Below are positions 59,127 through 64,000 of a stretch of DNA of 64,000 nt, piece after piece. Position numbers and translations under genes: made by a program. Each line of letters starts with the position of its first letter. Position 1 is the stretch's first letter. Source of the stretch: Tubulanus polymorphus (Eukaryota; Animalia; Nemertea); NCBI RefSeq assembly GCF_964204645.1, contig NC_134033.1, positions 14,516,655-14,580,654 of the forward strand. The letters are read 5' to 3'. The notes under the pieces are model-generated. The model searched no databases and was not told the DNA's origin. It saw only the letters and a program-made list of their open reading frames with translations.

Positions 59127-60706
59127 CACTTCTTTGGAAACATACGTTCAGCGATCAATAACATGATGTTCGAATTTTTATTTGGCTGTTCCAATTTCGA
59201 GATTCTGAGTATATATTATCGACAGTTCTAAATAACTCTAATCTAAATATCATTCAATCTTATACATTTTGAGATTAACTTTAATAAGAGGAGCTCATTT
59301 TGAATTGACAAATGACGATTAAATTATTCTAACAAGCCCCTGCCCTGTATTTTTTCTTACCCGTTTTTCCAGTCGGTGTTGCCTTGTCTGTTTAGTCTAT
59401 TTATTTAGAGTCGTCGACTCTGTCGGGGTCATTCACGGTTGTGATGATATAGGCCTAATACTAATGTATCTTAATCTTCAGCAGCAGGTACACAGTTCAA
59501 TTGTCAAACTCCAAAGACAAGTTCAAATAAATCTATCTATTTGATGTCAGTCATCCACTCATTACTACTCCTCGCATGGCATAAACACGTTCCACAGTAC
59601 GCACACGAATCATATTACATCCACCTCATTATCCACTATCTTATCAGTCTTATCTCTGGCCTCCGTTTAAAAAGGTACCTAGGACATTCTTAAGACGTGC
59701 TGCATGTGGCGTCAGAAGCCCCGAGGCCTGTCACCTCATATCGGGGCCTAACACGGCCATATGGTGAATATAAAATGAAAATCTATTGCTATGCAGGAAA
59801 TGGAATGTCGACTACGTTCATTGCGGCTTTACTTTCAAACTTGAAATATTGGATTAGATATTCCTTGTCATAGATGATTTATTATATATACATAATAAGA
59901 ACTACATATCACATATTATAGGAAATTGATTTTGAAATGCTGTCCTTTAGATTTACGGCACGCAGCTACACAGTGAATAATTTTTGGATTTAAAAAGTAA
60001 AAACTTCCCGCCTCGTCTCCTTGGAAAATATAATAATTACGAGTTTATTTCCACTTTTTTTATTTCAAAAAAGCTCACAACGGACCAACAAATTCGCCCG
60101 CCGGCCTCGTCATGTCTACTATGGAGAAAGGTTTGGATGAGAAACAAGTTATCAACTTTGAAGGGCCTAGCTCTACGTCTAATTCAACTCAGTCCAATCA
60201 CGGCGGTGGCTAAATTCGGGGATCGCTGATGAGAATCAAGTCATTTATTTTATGGCCTTATACAAAAGTTCTACGTACGATTTACGATATCGTTAGCTGG
60301 CTACTGGTGCGTGTTCAACCCAGTGCAGTCAGGAACCTATGCTCTCATATGTAAATCCATTCAACAGAGACACAATTGCGGTCTTTCAGAGTTGTCGATA
60401 TCATTTACACGCGCTATTGAATACGTCACCGGCTGACTACGGTGTACACAAGCATACGCCATTCACCTCAGCTAACTCACACTGTGAACATGCTACCGTG
60501 GATTCTCCTCCTGGCGATTTTCGCTGCGCTCCCGCTCTTGCTCCTGTTCCTGCTTCCTGAGAAACGATGTCTTTATGTTTTATGTGTTACTGTTCGTCTC
60601 TGTGCTGTCCTGTACTGTTCCGTGTTCATTAATCCGTTCTATTTTTCAGGTTTTAACCCGTTTTATTTTTCAGGGCCGATTTCTCTGTCGAATTTCAACG
60701 TTTGCT

Positions 60707-61401
60707 GGAACAAAACTAATGTCCGAAAGCATTGGCTCTCCTTTGCCGGTCACGTGTCGAGGATGTCAGACAAAGAGTCGGTCAGGAAATGGCTGCCCTC
60801 TACACGCCCTCATACGGAACACGAAAACCAGGATGACGAGGCCTCACTCTCCCCACGTATCAACAGAGTGTGCTGGGTGACGTCAATGACGGGCAAGTCA
60901 GTCGAATTGCACAGGTTAAAAATGGAGTGGTAAAGCTGGACTGTCTACTAGTATTCATTGATTCCTTTTCAGGGATTGCTTCGGGCAAAGATTTAGTCTT
61001 TTTGCGTTCTAGCATTCATTGATTCCTTTTAAGGGATTGCTTTGGACAGGGATTAATTTCCCTGTCTTCCTTTGCGTGCTAGGATTCATTGATTCACTGT
61101 GGGATCGCTTGCGTGCTAGCATTTTCATTCAAGTCTTGTCTTCCTTTGGTGCTAGTGCGGGCAATCCAGTTGCGCTGCCCTATTTTTGGCCTGGGCAATT
61201 TGATAGGTTTGTCAGTTACTGACGTCACCCGGCACACCCTGTCGGTAAATGGTGAAAGTAAGGCGTCGTCATCCTGGTTTTCATGTTCTGTGTGAGGGCG
61301 TGTAGAGGGCAGTATATTCCTGGCTGGCTCATTGTCTGGTGTTCTTGGCATATGACCGGCGGCGGAGAGCTGAAAAGCTTTCGGACATTAGTTTTGTTCC
61401 G
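60707..61401. mobile_element. Two inverted RTE-clade LINE ORF C-terminal remnants
   Basis: 60707-60897 (+) and 61210-61401 (-) are homologous. Frameshifted translation NVRK..LSFAGHVSRMSDKE...ALYTPSYGTRKPG*R resembles the RTE 'AGHV.R...P..G.R..GR' C-terminus. Confidence 0.6.
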
Positions 61402-64000
61402 TACCAGGTTTTCATCGCTCTTCTCTTTTTTTTCATTTCAGGACTCCCAAGATGAAGAAGAAGATGCTGAAGGCGACTACAGAAGATGCCGAAAAAAGAA
61501 ACTGAACTCAGTAATGTTGAAAGTTAAGTTGATAAACATGTAAATTACGATGCGTGATACGGAAAGGATTGTTAAACTACAGAATATCGTTCTTTTACTC
61601 ATTTCAGGTTAATCCGGAAAGGCCCATCTAAAATCTACCCACCAGAAGTGCCCACAAAAGACTCCACCTTGAAGTACCACCAAACACCGAAAGTCCTGCC
61701 GCAACCAAACCTGGCAGTCTCATCCTGCATGGCAACAGGAATGCATACATTCATAAAGCTAAGTTGATTTTTCATATCTGGGGTAGAATGTATAGGCACT
61801 GGAGAGGATAGAGACGCTGGTCAAGCTCACCATCTCCGCACTACTTTATTGAAGCTCTATGGCCGGTATATTGTTAAAAGTAAATTGAAATATAGCTAGA
61901 TGAATGATCGCTTGAATATTTACAATATTTGACAAAATGATTGAGTGAGGTCCCTTGAATATTCTGTGGTCTGATAATTAAAATGAAGATTGGTCAGTTA
62001 TTGATTAAAAGATTTTTTAAGTATGTACAATTAAGGTAAATTCAATATCTTATGTGAAATTTTCCGAGTGTAGCGTAGATATTTCAGGCCCCGTATATGA
62101 CTATTGTTTAACTGAAAATCAAGATATAGATAGGACAATTTACTAATTAACCAATCACTTAGATATTAGCAATCATTCAATACATTATAATGTTTGATGA
62201 GAAATTCTTCTGGTGTAAATAAATTAGGGCTCAATATACATATAGGCTGGCTTCACTTGTAACCATATATATCAATTCAACTTTATCGTCGGTTAATAAA
62301 CTTAATAGACTTTATAAACATCCAGGCACTTTATAGTATATATTATGTGCCGCCTTACCCATTGCATTAATGAATTTCTCAGCGAAAGATGCATGAAATA
62401 GTGTCTAGGGTTCTATCGAGATCTGGGGTGATATATATGGGGAAAACTATGGACTGCTGGTCTTTTAGAAACTGTGATTAGGTCTATGCACTTTGAAAAA
62501 TCTAGAATCTGACAAAGCTTTAATTGATTCAAATTATTCCCCAGAGCCATACTCTGTGCATTGTTTTGCGCTATGATTATGGTTTAACTGACAAATATGG
62601 CTTAGATATCCACAATTAAGATGAATTCAATATTTCATGAAAGATCGAAAACTCTTTATATGTAATACAGGTCCATGATATAAATGTCGTTAAACTGACA
62701 ATTCAAATATAGGTCATATATGTATATATGGGCACATCTGAATCAGCCTTATCGACTTATCAGTATTTCCATCTCCAACCGCTGTGCTTACAGCGACTGG
62801 TCATGCTCTTCAATATTGCCAAAATTTACCAACCCTAACTGATTCAAATAATATCTAAAAGCATTACTGTGTGTCAAGTGACGCATAAAAGATATTGTTT
62901 AACTGACAATTAGAATATTATAGCTAAGGCTAAGAAAAATTACTCAATCTCATTAACATATGTATTACTTATCTACAATTCAGGTGAATTCAATATGTAT
63001 TGTGAAATTATTTTTAATTCAGTTCCATGGACGTTTAAAATGTAGCTGATACACGTGTATCTGAGCACATTTATTTATGTGTATCTAAGTGAACCTATTG
63101 CGTCTTCATACAGCTGTATTAGTTTTGATACATATTGCCAAAATAATTAAACGCAGATTTACTTCCGATTGAAGGGAAATAAAACAAATCTGTACGTGCA
63201 CAAATACATTCCTGAATTTGGAAGGGGGAATATTTCAATTTCACTGTGTATGTCAGATTGAGAGCCTTATTCTGACAGGATATCCTTAACTTAGGTCTTA
63301 TTCCTCTTGCTAAAAGCTCTCTTTTACTAACCCCTCTCCTTCAAACTATATTCCAGCATCATGTCTTGCACCGCACCAGGGAGGTCCGGTCATAACAAGG
63401 TCTTTCGGTCCTTATACACAGTGTACTATTAAAGGGAAATAAAGATTACATAGCAATTCAGCTAATTTCTAATTTACCACTAAAAATGTGCTTAAATTCA
63501 AATAGTGATGAATTCACCACATCTGAAATTCTACTCATGTAGATTTTCAGGCTCCATATGAATATTGTTCAACTGACAAATGTATAGCTAGTATGATTAC
63601 TAATTAACGGATCGCTTAGATATCTAGAAGATTAATTAAAATCAATTCAACATAATGAATATAAGTGAAAATTATTCAAATAAGGCAACTATACGGTGCA
63701 ATGTTGTCTGCGTCTAACTGGGCCACTTGTATGCGGGATCTGTTGAATCAGTTAGGTTTTGGGGAATTCTGGATTCATCAAACTAGATATCAAAAGCTCT
63801 GATGCAAAATTAGCAGTTTGAAATAGTGATCAATCCAAATTTGTACCGGATCTGAATTTCTTCTCGCGTAGATATTTCAAGCCCCATATAAAGTATTGCC
63901 AGATACAATTTTAATTATAGCTAGGACATTAATTGATTGATATCTAAAGATGAAGATTAATTCAGCATCTTCATATAAGGTAAAAGTGCTCAAATCTAAA

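Noticed and set aside
61800-64000. Recurring AACTGACAA/TTCAATAT motifs in the AT-rich end of the window
   Set aside because: Probably an old degenerate tandem repeat, but the unit and boundaries could not be fixed by eye.

Overview
Intron-rich, AT-rich eukaryotic DNA from an invertebrate animal (lineage not determinable here) with GT-AG spliced genes. Six genes could be reconstructed exon by exon: AP-1 complex sigma subunit (-, 1128-11700), a CXorf58-like gene (+, 12739-16935, head-to-head with AP1S), a 3-finger C2H2 zinc-finger gene (-, 19863-23154), TMEM256 (-, 23979-26674), the HECT E3 ligase TRIP12 (+, 27748-50178, 35 coding exons, head-to-head with TMEM256) and a DIPK2A/C3orf58-like gene (-, 54915-59126). 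Introns are packed with MITEs, tRNA-type SINE heads, LINE remnants and minisatellites. Most ORFs in the supplied track are spurious or are exon fragments. Three observations stand out. (1) Minimal type-I hammerhead ribozyme motifs of the Penelope/retrozyme kind occur in at least four unrelated sequence families. They include a 5-copy, 69-bp tandem array on the sense strand of a TRIP12 intron and a perfect copy on the sense strand of a TMEM256 intron. (2) The AP-1 sigma gene has at least three alternative terminal exons encoding related '...GLT/GLG*' tails, none shown in the ORF track. (3) A 78-bp CpG-depleted minisatellite derived from a MITE arm sits in opposite orientations in three TRIP12 introns. 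All gene names come from recognising the translations by eye; no searches were run.
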